In this document: positions 28,343-41,937 of the stretch, piece after piece
Numbering within the stretch: the first letter of the stretch is position 1
Layout: every line of letters begins with the position of its first letter
Source of the DNA: Eledone cirrhosa
Lineage: Eukaryota
Direction of reading: 5' to 3'
DNA length: 64,000 bases
Assembly: GCA_964016885.1 (NCBI GenBank)
Contig: OZ024749.1
Location: 48,546,001 to 48,610,000 of the forward strand
Notes under the pieces: model-generated
The model's input: the letters and a program-made list of their open reading frames with translations, nothing else
Database searches by the model: none
Told to the model about the DNA's origin: nothing
Translations under genes and position numbers: made by a program

Positions 28343-28415
28343 ACCACTGGAACAGGATTGAACCCAAAACCGTGATGTCCACCGTCTCTAGTACCTACCA
28401 CTAGTCCACTGAGAT
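28343..28415 (-). mobile_element. tRNA-derived (Pol III) head of a decayed element
   Basis: Minus strand: TGGACTAGTGG (A box) ... GGGTTCAATCC (B box). Confidence 0.5.
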
Positions 28416-29714
28416 AGCTACGAAAAACTATAGAAAATTCATAATTATAAACCTACTTTCAAAATTTTCAATACGAAATGATGCGGTGTCATTCATGACT
28501 TTCTTAATGTTATTGTTACTAATTAAGATCGTTACATAAAATCAGACACATACACACAAATGTTTTTTTAGATAAAATATTATATTTTAAAAATCTGAAT
28601 GAAAATGAACATTACATATTGACACTCCCGGGGTATATTACTATTACATTGTAAAATATTATTTGATTTGGTCGGGTCATTTGAGAATGCATAGGAACAG
28701 ACAGGCATACAGAGAGACAAATCATTTCATATAGAGAGATATAATTGAATACATAAAAAAGAAATCGTTGTCATCGTCGAATACTTGTCAGTATTACCCA
28801 TTAAAATATGTGTTGCCGTTTGCTGCGTTATGCTTGAGATCTTAACTAAAATTACTGAACAAAACAAGCACGGTTTAACACACCACGGAGCAAACAGAAC
28901 ATCTTTCATAAATCCTTAACATATTCTGTTCACAGCCTCTGAATAACACCATAAACATACTGTAAAATAGGGTTGAAGGTGTGCATTGTTAATTACATTG
29001 ATTTATATGTTTTTTCTAGTACCTAGTCCACCATTACTATTGATTGACACATTGATATAAGCACATACGGTCACGTTTATATACGTGAAAGAAATAGGGA
29101 CAGAGAGGCAAGATTATTTACAACCAGATATTTAGTTTGGCGTTATATTGTTTTCTGACATCTCAAGTACTTTCTACAGTAGAAATATTTGTTTCGTTTG
29201 CAAATGTACTTGCGCTAACATGTGTAAGCCGAGACGATTTCAAGAACGTGGCGTTCATGTCTTATCTAAAGTAAGAGCGTTGAAAATGAATTAATGTAAG
29301 TTTTATTTGTTCTTTCTTTACCTAGAATTCAACACGTAACACAATCTCCACTCGCATGAAAGTTATAGCTTGCTCTATAACAATCACCAATTTTGTGTAT
29401 ATACAAACGTAGACTATTTCAGGGGGAAGAGATGGAAATGATAGTGCGTTTTTATGTCTTCCGAAACCGTACACACTTTGCATTTGACGTGAGGTGTACT
29501 ATATACTGAAACAGTGGTGTGATAATTGCTTAACTCAGTTGTTTAGATGTTGATTATCCCTGGAGATAATTTATGACCCAAAGAGATAGATTGAAATGGT
29601 AACTAGACTTGTTAAAAACAGCAGAAAAAATATCTACATCACATTTTCCCGTCTTAGAAGTATGAAAAATAATTTTACTAAATCGGCCCACCTAAGATTG
29701 GACTAAATAATGTT

Positions 29715-30085
29715 TGATCAAATCGACTTCATTGTCTTAAGGGTGCTGTATTTATCAACCCCGTAAGAATGAAGGGCAAAGCTAACCCCTGCGTGATTTG
29801 AACTCAGAATCTAAAGGGCCTTAACTAGAAGCCGCTAAAGATGTTCGATGCTCTACGGATATGACGAATAAACGCCTGATTTAGGAACAAAAGCAACGAT
29901 ATTTGTTGGTGGGAGGGGAGTGGACTTAATCGACTCCAGTGCATTGCTTAATTTTATCAACCCCATAAGGGTGAATGGTAAAGTGTACTTCGACGCTATT
30001 TGAACTCAGAACGCAAAAAATAAACGTAACTCTATGCCCCAAACTGTGTTGCCCATCGCTCTATCGATACTGTTAATCCACCACA
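29715..30085 (-). mobile_element. Two tandem diverged copies of the dominant SINE
   Basis: TTTATCAACCCC.TAAG..TGAA.GG.AAAG...TTTGAACTCAGAA occurs twice (near 29751 and 29953). Confidence 0.75.
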
Positions 30086-30439
30086 CTAAACGAAATACTA
30101 CTAATAATACGCACTATAGTTCATAGATGTCTTTACATAAGTTGAAATACGATTGACTTTCATAAAATTTATAGTCGACCTTTCTAGTTATTTCTTGATT
30201 TAACGACGTGGAAAAATATTATTATATTAGTGTGTTAATAGGTATTTGATTGTCTTTGCAGAACAAAACGAAACAAATCAAACATTCTGAGAAAAACAGA
30301 AAGGATCGATGATATATTAAATGAGGGATTCGCATGATACTTAAATCTTCGAACATGTCTACCGTATTTATTTATGGTCTTAACTTTCGGATCTCAAATG
30401 TTGTCGAGAGCAATAGTCCTTTTTAAATTTAAGCCCATC

Positions 30440-30441
<2 letters not shown>

Positions 30442-30471
<30 letters not shown>

Positions 30472-30720
30472 CTTCTTCTTCTTCTCCTTCTCCTTCTTCT
30501 TTTTCTTCTTCTTCTTCGTCGTCGTTGTCGTCGACGTCGTCCAATTATTCCTGAGAGGAGCATGGGGGGTTGCAATACACAAATACTCTTTCCAGCGAGT
30601 CCTGTCAGAAGCAACCGTCTTCAACTGATCCGGATGTATACTCAAACGAGACCTGCTTAACTCTTAGATATTATCCAACCATCATGCTCTGGGATCTACC
30701 ACTGGGTCTCTTGACAGTTT
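30442..30720 (-). mobile_element. 3' end of an RTE-like LINE with (GAA)n tail
   Basis: Minus strand encodes a decayed KRPSGR...WLDNI...LKTVASDRTRW, the typical RTE ORF C-terminus, followed by (GAC)n(GAA)n. Confidence 0.65.
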
Positions 30721-30880
30721 TATTAATATATATTTCCAAAAGCGTCTGAGAGATGAGAATATCCGTTAGAGAAGTAAAATAAGAATAGAACATAACTGTA
30801 GCAGTTTAACTTTAGTGAGTTGCTTGAGAACAAGGATGAGGAAATTGTGTTATTATGCGCATAAATCATTTGAGCCAAAA

Positions 30881-30939
<59 letters not shown>

Positions 30940-31349
30940 TCAGTAGTAGTAGTATTGCTGGTGGTGGTGGTCGTAGTAGTAGTGTTGCTGTTGCTGCTGC
31001 GGCTATTACTTTTACTTCTACTGCTAGTGCAACAGCTGCTGTTGCGGCTTCTTTCAGCGCTGTTGCTGATGTTAATGAAAATGGTGTATGATGTAGTTAG
31101 TGTGGCAACTATTACTACTGCTGAACTGTTTCTACTGGATTCTGGTATTATCGAATTCATATATTACCTATCATTTGTAACAGATTCAGTAGAAGCTGTA
31201 ACATTAAGAGCAAAATATTCGGTAGCTAAATGTCATTCTGTGCTGATGTGGTGAACAACATCAACATTGAAAGAACTGCATAACAAATCGTGACTCAGAA
31301 CCAACTTCAATTACTGGTTGATTTAAATAAATTTCATATGCATCTACTC

Positions 31350-31440
31350 TCCTTCGAATTCAATCCAACTGCGCCGTACCTCGGGCAAATCTTTTCAACT
31401 ATAGACTTCGAGTTACCAAAGCCTTTTGAATAGATTTTAA
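31350..31440 (+). mobile_element. Decayed fragment of a CORE-type SINE (third family)
   Basis: TTCAATCCAACTGCG..GTACCTCGGGCAA.TCTTTTC.ACTATAG...ACCAAAGCCTT.TGA resembles an octopus SINE body as I recall it; not verified. Confidence 0.45.
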
Positions 31441-32908
31441 AGAATAAAATAACGTATGGGAGTTAACCCATGAGTGACTAAACCTTTACGAAATTTCGAA
31501 AGAAAAATAGAGTCATGATGTTCAAATAATTTTGAAAGTAATCGAAACGTTATAGGGATTTATTAATATAATTTTATCATTATTAACCTGTCAATTGGAC
31601 GCCTTTACTTAATATGTTATTTTGATAAAACCGCGGTAGAAAGTTTTAGGATGAATATAAACACTTCAAAATAGAAACATAGAACTTCGGGCGCCTTCAG
31701 GCGACATGACATTAAATACATTAATGTCTGATGTACTCTACAATTCTTAATTAATCGAAATGTCATTGCGCACAAATCTAATTGTATCTATTCTTTGCAA
31801 TATTTTCTCAAAATTGCTGTTCTACGTGTAAAACCCGATCGTTTTCATCCTTAATCGGACCAACAAAGATTCAATAGTCACTCTCTAGCTCCTTCTGTAC
31901 TATAACTCGGCATTTAATTTGAATTACAAAATTATAATGCTTCATAAAATCTGACATTGAACGCATAATTTGCATTTTGTTTCATCAGAGGAGATAAATA
32001 ATAAAGTTTAATGTCTCGAACAATATTTCAAGCTAGCTGATGGAAGAGGCTACATTCCGTATTTCTTGTTATACAACGACCATTTGTTTTTTTTTTCCTA
32101 TATTTATAGGCTTAAGTGCATTACGGGAAACAAAGCGTGTTCACTCTTTGCAGACGGCATTAAAATCCGGATTTTTATATCGTTAAGAGGATTAAAACAA
32201 ACATTTATCCAGCGTTAACATCTCATTCAGACCGGTTAATTCTTTAGAAACGTACAGATGAATTGATTTCCTTTAGTTATAATAAATCTTCCATCGGTTC
32301 AATGTAATGTTTCAATAGTGAGTTTACTTTCATTTTGAACATTCATCAATATTGCGTGAGGAGAGATTAAAATCTTTGGGTTGAATGAATACGCTTGCTT
32401 GACTAAGATTAAACACTTGATCGCTCTTCCTGTCAGGAATTGTAGTCAAATTTCTTTTATATTAAACACGATAGTCGTTCCGACTCTCTGCTCTCTGAGT
32501 TCATATCCCGCCGAGGATAACTTTGCTTTTCATCATTTAGAGGTCGATAAGGAAAGTATTCATCTAGTGCTTGGGTCACTTTCTATCGTTCACTGAAAGG
32601 AATCTGGTGTGTTAAAAAACGGAGTGAGATAGCCTACATTGCGCTTACATTTCTACCAGTAGATCCGCACTCCCCCCAAGAAAAAAAACATAACGTAAAT
32701 GTATAAAATATACTTGAATAAATTAAGGGAGTGACATGACTGGAAGGAATTTGAAAATATAAAGGATTTGAAGCGATTTGAAATTAAGAACATAAACAAG
32801 ACACACGCACACACACACATACACCCCCCCCCCCCACAACAAACACAAACGCACGCAAAAACACACATATATATATATACATATTATATAATCTTTTATT
32901 CTCTTTCT

Positions 32909-32946
32909 ATCTTCTGATAAAAGACTACTGACCGAGGCGCTAAGAA
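32909..32946 (+). ncRNA. Decayed hammerhead motif (same family as 53.6 kb)
   Basis: TCTT-CTGATAA-AAGACTACTGACC-GAGGCGCTA-AGAA. Downstream ATCAAGCGTTTA.CTAA is shared with the 53.6 kb island. Confidence 0.45.
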
Positions 32947-33151
32947 TGTTTTACAGATACATCAAGCGTTTATCTAATATGTTTCTTCATTAAGCTGCGT
33001 CTTTCGTTTTGTTGTATATGTTTGCATTTTACACACACACATCTAGCAGCTTGTTCTTTTCATGGCACCGCACGTATTTCCCTTATATCTACACGTGCTA
33101 CAGGTAGTTTACTTTAGATCTCTTCTCTAGTAGTGCGGACAATATCGGTTC

Positions 33152-33220
33152 CTCCACATGCTGATGACCCACAGGGCCGAATTGGAACCCAATTAAGTAG
33201 CGAAACAATCTCCTGGTGAG
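33152..33220 (+). ncRNA. Hammerhead-like motif with intact core boxes and imperfect stems
   Basis: CTGATGA (33161) ... internal hairpin AATTGG/CCAATT ... CGAAAC-AATC-TC. Confidence 0.4.
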
Positions 33221-33372
33221 TTTGTAAATAAGTGATCTAGGTATGATGTTGGTTTCTCCTTTTAATTTATACTTTTAATTGTAATGTTTTTCCTATGCTT
33301 GTAATAGCTTACATTCAAATGAGGCTGGTGATTTGAAATTCGTGTAAAAAAAAACACACTCTTCTGTGTCTT

Positions 33373-33461
<89 letters not shown>

Positions 33462-33463
33462 CC

Positions 33464-33513
<50 letters not shown>

Positions 33514-33536
33514 ATATATATATATATATATATATA

Positions 33537-33593
<57 letters not shown>

Positions 33594-33775
33594 GTAAAAG
33601 GTACAAAAAAAATTATATATATATATATATATAGACATATATTGAACAATGGAACGGGAACAAAACAGAGAGCCAGTACAAACAAAGGTTTATTAGTTTC
33701 ACGCTCTTGAGAGTGTGTGTGTGTGGGTGGGTGGGGGGTTATTATATATATATATACGTGTGTGTGTGTATCTAT

Positions 33776-33914
33776 AATTGTTTCTACTTTTGGCACAAGG
33801 CCAGCAATTATCGACCCCGTAAGGATGAAAGGCAAAGTTAACCTCGGCGGGATTTGAACTCAGATCATAAAGGGCGTCAGGGCATGGCGCCCGACCCTCT
33901 ATCGATACTGCCAG
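33776..33914 (-). mobile_element. Internally deleted copy of the dominant SINE
   Basis: Tail, central domain, B box and A box are all recognisable. Confidence 0.85.
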
Positions 33915-34318
33915 TGTATATATAATACCATGTTATATGGGATCTTATTTGGAACATACATTTTATTTATTTTTTAGCATCTTGTAATAGGTTAAGAATA
34001 ATATACAACATTTAGTATAATTTCACGTGAAACACAACAAAATAGACATGGAAATTACTTATATCAGATAAGCAGAGTTAATATGAGTGAACAAAAATAT
34101 CTAGTAAAAGAAATAACGGAATGACGAGAAGGAAAATAAATATCTGAACGAGTTGTACCGAAACCTAAAACCGAGAACAACATTAAATTACACTGTATAA
34201 GGCGTGATATAAGCTTATCCGCCAGGCTTTCAACTTCGCATACACATCCACATCCACGTTTGCTGGAATATGAGGTTAACACTATATACTCACGCAAATA
34301 TGTTTGTTCAGACGTTTA

Positions 34319-34352
<34 letters not shown>

Positions 34353-34410
34353 CACATATACCCAGACACAGAGGCATACACACTTGCGCACATCTATATA
34401 TATACACACC

Positions 34411-34441
<31 letters not shown>

Positions 34442-34482
34442 GTAAATGTATATATAAATATGTATATATATATATATGTATA

Positions 34483-34525
<43 letters not shown>

Positions 34526-34526
34526 C

Positions 34527-34669
<143 letters not shown>

Positions 34670-35170
34670 TGCTTATACATATATGCATACATATATATAT
34701 ATATGTGTGTGTTGTTGTGTGTGAGTGTGTATGTGTGCGGTTTGTGTGTGGTAGTGTATATCGGTGTTTCTGTGTTGTGAATATGTATGTGTTTGTGGGC
34801 GCTTATTTATATATAACGAAAATATTACATGAATCTTTACGGAGATGTTAGGCAATTCATACAAAGTAATAGAAGAAAGGGTTTTCGTATATCCTCATAT
34901 AAGCATTTAATACCACAGCTCATAGATAAACATACAAACACACATAAGAACATATACACACACAATCACGTACACTTGAATATCAGGTGGTTCAAATCAA
35001 TAAATAGGCTCTAATGCATGTGCAATCCTGTCTTCTATGTGTTGCTCATTGAAACATACAAAAATGAAAACGAGGAAACATGTGTTTATATGCAGGTCAA
35101 AAAGGAAAGATAGATAGATATAGGGAGATGACACGAGTGTTAGAACAATGTAGCATACCTTAAAAGACGC

Positions 35171-35248
<78 letters not shown>

Positions 35249-35527
35249 ATGTGTGTGTGAATGAAGTAATTCCGTCGGAAAAGTCCAGGAAAAAAGAGTG
35301 CTCTATGTAGGTAACAGAGCTTATTTTATTTTATTTTATTATTATTTTATTTTTCCTTTCCTTCTTCCTTCTCCAGCCTCACTTTCATATAGATTGCATT
35401 TTTGTTTTTAAAATCCAAATTCAATAAACAGACCAGGATTTTTTTCATTCTGAGGATTGAAAGCAAAATGTTTTGCTTTTAAGGAACGACTGGTAAATGG
35501 AATAATTGCCTTATGTTGTTTATTACA

Positions 35528-35583
<56 letters not shown>

Positions 35584-36120
35584 CACACACACATATCTAT
35601 ACATAGATATATAGATATACACACACACACTTTTCAGATTCTTTTTCTGATTCCTCTTCCACATATAATATTTACAGTTTGGCGAAGCCTGGGTGGTATT
35701 GTGGTTGAATGGTAATATAAAATCTTTCGCAGTAAATCTGCGAAGGATATTCTATTCATGCACACAGTAAACATATATTCTCTTTCTGGTATAGTTATTG
35801 ATTTCTTACATCGAGTAAGTCTAGAAATTTGTTAGGGAAATATCTCAGTTGACAGAATCGACCTCGAAATAATGCGCCTTGCACTTATATTTTATCGTTG
35901 TGAAATAAAAAAGTAATCAACAATACAATGTCTACATCAACGGAATTCCGAAAATGCCTCAAGGTTAGGCGAGTGAAACTCTTTTGGTGGCGAGGTACTA
36001 TGTTACATGTATCAGAAAGTGAAATACATCCGTAATGAGGAAAATAAAAAAAATGACTTCTAATCATTCATATGCAGGTAACATATATTTTTCTAATAGT
36101 TTTAGCGTACAATTCTTTCG

Positions 36121-36213
<93 letters not shown>

Positions 36214-36216
<3 letters not shown>

Positions 36217-36500
36217 TGGCTGCCAACTCATTTTCGAGTACGGCCACTACTTTATATCCATGTAGGAGAACCCTACCGGTGCGCTGAACGAGTGTGACTT
36301 TTTAGTCCAGCCAGTGACTTGAAAACTCTGGTACAAATACTACACTTGTGATAATTATTGACACATAGTGCTGGGCGTATGGTACCATGTGACGACAAGT
36401 GCAGAGAGAGATCTCTAGATATAAAGCAATGCCTGTGCCGTGAAGCTTTTATAGTGAGCAAAGGCACTGCACAAAGCCAGTCCCACTCTCTTAACCAAGA
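36214..36500 (-). mobile_element. 3' end of an RTE/BovB-like LINE with a C-terminal C2H2 finger, between (TA)n tracts
   Basis: CSICTRVFKSLAGLKSHTRSAHR* followed by a ~60 nt 3' UTR running into (TA)n. Confidence 0.65.
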
Positions 36501-36554
36501 TGATATTTACTATATATATATATACATATATGAATATAATGATGATACTAATAA

Positions 36555-36772
36555 AAATGGTTTCAGATTTAAGCACAGGGTTACCATTTTGGGGGAGAGT
36601 GGGGAGTCCATTAAATAGACCCCAGTGCATTACTGGTGCTCTATTTTATCGACCCAGTAAGGATGAAAGGCAAAGCTAACCTCAACGGGGTTTGAGCTCA
36701 GAACGTGAAGAGCCGCAACTATATGCTCCAAACGTGATGTGCAATGCTCTACCGATACTGCCAACCGACCAA
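36555..36772 (-). mobile_element. Full-length tRNA-derived SINE
   Basis: CCCAGTGCATTACTGGT...ATCGACCCAGTAAGGATGAAAGGCAAAG...CTCTACCGATACTGCCAA. Confidence 0.85.
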
Positions 36773-38740
36773 CCTAATAATAATAACCTAAAAAATCGCA
36801 CACACAGTCCTCAGTGGACTGTATGAAGCGGTTCAGTGCCTGAGTCAACTGTAAATTCATTAAGCTTGAATATTCTGCTGCAGTGTGTGTGTTGGCTTCA
36901 AGCTACTGTTCATTTGGGCCGTAATTGTTATCCTCGTCATTTTCTTCTTGAAGCATCCAGACTCCGCAGCCCTCATCAGACATTTCTAAATTTCTGCGAC
37001 ATAATTCCTCCTCAACTTCTCTAATGAAGTATTGATAGCTGTCAAGAGATTATTCCCTGTATACAGCAATATTTGAGTGGATAGCGTACGTCTAATATAC
37101 ATTATAGATTAAATATGTCCATAACTCGATGAGGTGTACGAGAGCACTGGGAAATTACTGCTTCTCCGATTCGACGATTCATATCATGCTTGTTATCCTT
37201 TTTGTCAGCCTATCTGAGTGCGTTGAAAAAGAATAATGGATTTCACCTTCCAATCGCAGTAGGCAATAACTTTGGTGTCTTACGACCAAGGGAGTCTGCA
37301 GATCAGTTATAAAGGACATCCACATCGTAGTATATGCTAAGTTTGGACGTGAAGCTAATCATGCCACCAGGCACTTCTTTAGCATGAGTCACCATCGGTC
37401 GATCTTACTTATTTCTATTTCCATGAATAAAATTCATATTAAAATGTTGAATTTTGAGCTTAGGTTAAAACTGAAAATCAACGAAATCGTCTTCGAATTA
37501 TTGCTATTGAATCTATTTCCTTCCTCGGGTTAAATGTAAGTGAACAGACCTAAAATCATGGGAATTCTAGTTTATCACATAATACATTATTCAATATAGC
37601 TTTTTACTTTCTAAAGTCGTTCATATTGTTGGGTCAATTCTTTTGAGCTATATAAATGTCTTGCTGGGTATTTATTCTCTTCTCATTTAAATTAAATACA
37701 TCACATTATTTTCAATTAAAGTATATTTAATTTAATTATAATTCATCTGTAATATTTATTACCTAAGATTTCGCAGACAGACTGATTTGACATGGTTGTG
37801 CCTCTGGGGTACATGATAATTAGGAGTATGTTAATTATTACACATCTGTGAAAAAAGAAAGAAGTGGATTTTACAAGACATGATTTTAAATATTTGATTC
37901 AGTTAATATAATTTAATATTCATTTTAGGAAAAAATAATGAAAGAAAAACAATTATTTTTTACAGAGATCTGTTATTTTCATGAAGTTCCACGTAAGTTC
38001 CTCTTCACATGTCACATATTTTTAATCCAAAGTATCAGGTCAAATTTTGAATAAAAAAAAAACAGCTTTGTTTAGTTTCGTGTTATTTGCTCACCAACAT
38101 CTCTACAATGTTTGTATACAGTATATTAGCTTCTGTTTTATGAAGCAAAACACATACTTTAAAAGAAAGGAAATAAGTGGCTTAAGTGAATTATATTCAA
38201 CTGAATGACGGAAATGGCTTGCAGACACGTAGTGCCGGAAGCATATTTCTTGTTTTATACCGAAGGAAAATGTTTCTGAGCAGCATTGATTTAACACATT
38301 GGCAACAGTTAAACATGAAAGAAACAACGAGAGAAACCCTAACTGCTTCTACGACCTGCTAGGAAAAAAATAGCAGCTATAACTTAATTGAAACATTCAT
38401 GATTAAATCAGCCGGGCATAATATGGGTTTCGAATACATATTGTTTCCTCTTTTAGCAGGTTATTGATTCATAGTTTTAAGAAGAGACGAGATAAAAGGG
38501 GTCTATAAATGCTTCCATCGGACCTAATAAATCAAGAATTCAAGAGTAAACAATTTGACTTAACAACCCGGTTGAATCGGATTAAACCCTAGGAAAGGAT
38601 AGTTGAGATATACCCTTAATATATCAATATATATACCTGTAAACACGTACACACATACACAAACACCGATACACACACATATACACACATATATATATAT
38701 ATATAAATAAATATATATATATATAAATAAATATATATGC

Positions 38741-38782
<42 letters not shown>

Positions 38783-38908
38783 TAAGCCAGTGATAAAAGC
38801 TAACAAATTGCTAAGCTGCTTATGTATCTAATGCTCCAGTCTGAAAATGAAACCACAAAAATCTGTATATATTTCTGTTTTACTCGCTTTCTCTTCCCTT
38901 TCACAGCC

Positions 38909-38944
<36 letters not shown>

Positions 38945-39109
38945 CATATACATATTTATATATATACATATATTTATACATATATATATATATATATATA
39001 TAAATCCATATACATATGTATTTATATATACATATATATACACATATATATATATATATATATATACATAAATACATATACATATGTATATATATACATA
39101 TATATATAC

Positions 39110-39143
<34 letters not shown>

Positions 39144-39974
39144 GTGTGTGTGTGTATATATATATGTGTGTGTGTGTATATGTGTGCGTATATGTGTGTA
39201 TATGTCTGTGCAGGTGTACGTGTATATATATATATATATATATATATGGGGGGGGGGGATGTATACCCTTAGAGAGTATCTCGTATTTGTTTGTAGCACT
39301 TCATGTTTAGCTTAACAACAAAATTACCAGCACTACCAGTGTATATAAACAAGTTTATTCGAATGCAGAATTTCTCTTGTGTTTTCTGCTGACGTCGAAT
39401 TGTTCATGTGTTTATCTCGCAGAAACCTATTTTGTCCCAGTTGAGAATATTAAATGTATTATTTGATTTATTTTTAGTTTATATAGTTTGAATTATCTGT
39501 TATGGTCATGCTTTGAACACGCATGAACATAGGTTTGGTAAATTCAAAGGAACTTTACTCTAAACAACTAAACTTATTTATGGTAATATAATAGTATTTT
39601 ACTGAAACAAGCGTAGGTATATGTGTGTAGGTATGTTACTGAATGAAACATACTTATGTGTTCCTGAGTCTGTTACTAAATCAAACATACATATATGTGT
39701 GTATGCGTATGCAAGTGTACTATTCTACCATCACAGTTATTCCAGAGAGCCTATAATTGTTATTGTTGTTGCTTGACTGTAGATCACGGAGAAGTTTATC
39801 ATACAATCAGGCTAAATTTACTTTCAGTTTTATATCGAATGCGTCTTTATACTTACATGTAGTAATGTTAGTTTAGAATGAAAATTGTCTCGTAGATTTA
39901 TCAAGTATGCCGACAAATATGCAACTCCGTCTCCACATTCATGTAATAAAATAATGTCATCGTATGATGAAATA

Positions 39975-40140
39975 ATGGTTCGTTATATAGGCACAAGGCC
40001 TGCAATTTTGGTGGAGGGCAAAGTCGAGTAAATAGACCCCAGGGCGTGAGTGGTACTTTATTTTATCGACGCCGTAAGGATGAAATGTAAAGGTAACCTC
40101 GGTGGGATATAAACTCTGTTCATAAAGGTCCGTAATCTCT
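39975..40140 (-). mobile_element. Head-truncated SINE, dominant family
   Basis: GGCACAAGGCC...TGGTACTTTATTTTATCGAC.CCGTAAGGATGAAA. Confidence 0.8.
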
Positions 40141-41142
40141 ACCGGCCCATTTAATAGAACTCATTGACCTGATCGTGTAGTATAAATTATTCGCTATGGA
40201 ATCTTAGATACAATAGCCACAAATAGAATCAATAGTTTACTTCAAACCCGCAAGAAATGTTTACGCATCACTCCTGTATATCGACTGCATAGTTTAGGTT
40301 CCTTTGCGATTTTGCTCAAGGATTTAGAGTCATGAAATAAAAGCTATCTATACTTTAATTTGTAATTCATAAATCACGTAGAACGTTACTAGATTAGACT
40401 TAACAAACTATTAATCATTTGTTTCGATTACATACTTATTTTTAAGTTTGATTATTGGCAGTCGTCACAGTGTCGGACGAAATGTTTATCAGTATCTGTT
40501 CGGGCTATTTTCGTTCTGGATTTAAATACGGCCGTGTTCAACTTTTGAATTGATCCACCCGGGTAGAACAACTAATGTACCAATAAATAAGTGAGGTTGA
40601 TATAATTTAACTTCCTTCACTATAGATTGCTGGTGCTTTGCTTAAAATATATATCATGCATACGTTTATCTATACCAAACGGGTGTGTGAGTATGTGTGT
40701 GTGAGTGTGTGTTAAGCTAAACATGTGCGAAATGTATGTATGACTACCTATCGAAGTAGGGGAAGTCACTAAATGTGTGGATTAGTTTTTGTTATATGGT
40801 TGGAATTGAAGTTACAATATCCAATCGAGTTTCATTGGTGTTGGGAATCTTAGGAATAATTAAATAGAACGAAATACATCATCAGTATTAGCGCAATTAA
40901 TTAGCTATAAGGAAGAGGAACACAAAACCAATGTGTAGTTAAATAGAGACAATATATGTACAGTCATTACAGAGTTTTCAGACAATTGTTGTTTCTCCCA
41001 GCGTGCAATGAAGTATTCATTAGATATTCTTGTTTCAGAAAAATATGTGTATACCATTTGAAGTCGTATATATACAGCACGAATAGACAATAATGTAAAA
41101 AAAAAAAATAATAATTATAAAGAATTATATATCCAATAAACG

Positions 41143-41324
41143 GCGGTGGATAGGCTCTATTGGTGGAGGGTCGGACGCCATGCTTTCCAGCATAGTTACG
41201 TCCCTTTACGATCTGAGTTCAAATCCCGCCGAGGTTGACTTTGCCTTTCATCCTTACGGGGTAGATAAAATAAAGTACCAGTAATGCACTGGGTAATTGC
41301 TGGCCTTGGGCCTAAAGTAGAAAC
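41143..41324 (+). mobile_element. Young full-length tRNA-derived SINE with a 20 bp target-site duplication
   Basis: B box GAGTTCAAATCC. Identical AATTATATATCCAATAAACG at 41123-41142 and 41325-41344. Confidence 0.92.
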
Positions 41325-41695
41325 AATTATATATCCAATAAACGCTTATGAAACTTTTACGGAAAAAATAACTTGTATTATGCTGTTCAATAGGTAAAAC
41401 AGTCAATAACGAAAACCCTCAAGCGTGTGGTTGTCTAGTATAGTGAATAAACAATTTGAAGTGATATTAACAATTAAAGTTCCAAGCCAAAGGTATTTGC
41501 GAGTATGTTCAAAATTATTTTCCTTACATTCTTATGTGTGTATGTAATTCACTGGCACAAATCTTTTGATGTATACTTACCTGGTAATTATTTATATACA
41601 CCTACATATGTACACACTCACATATACACGGACATGTGCAAACAGACACACGCTGACATATGTATATATGAGAGAGAGAGATTACATGTGTGTAT

Positions 41696-41757
<62 letters not shown>

Positions 41758-41802
41758 TTATATATATATATACACTTCTGTATATGTATGTATGAATGTA
41801 TG

Positions 41803-41937
<135 letters not shown>

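Noticed and set aside
36273-36467. Exon of a host C2H2 zinc-finger gene
   Set aside because: A single terminal finger with a short UTR into (TA)n matches an RTE LINE end; no TGEKP linkers or tandem fingers.
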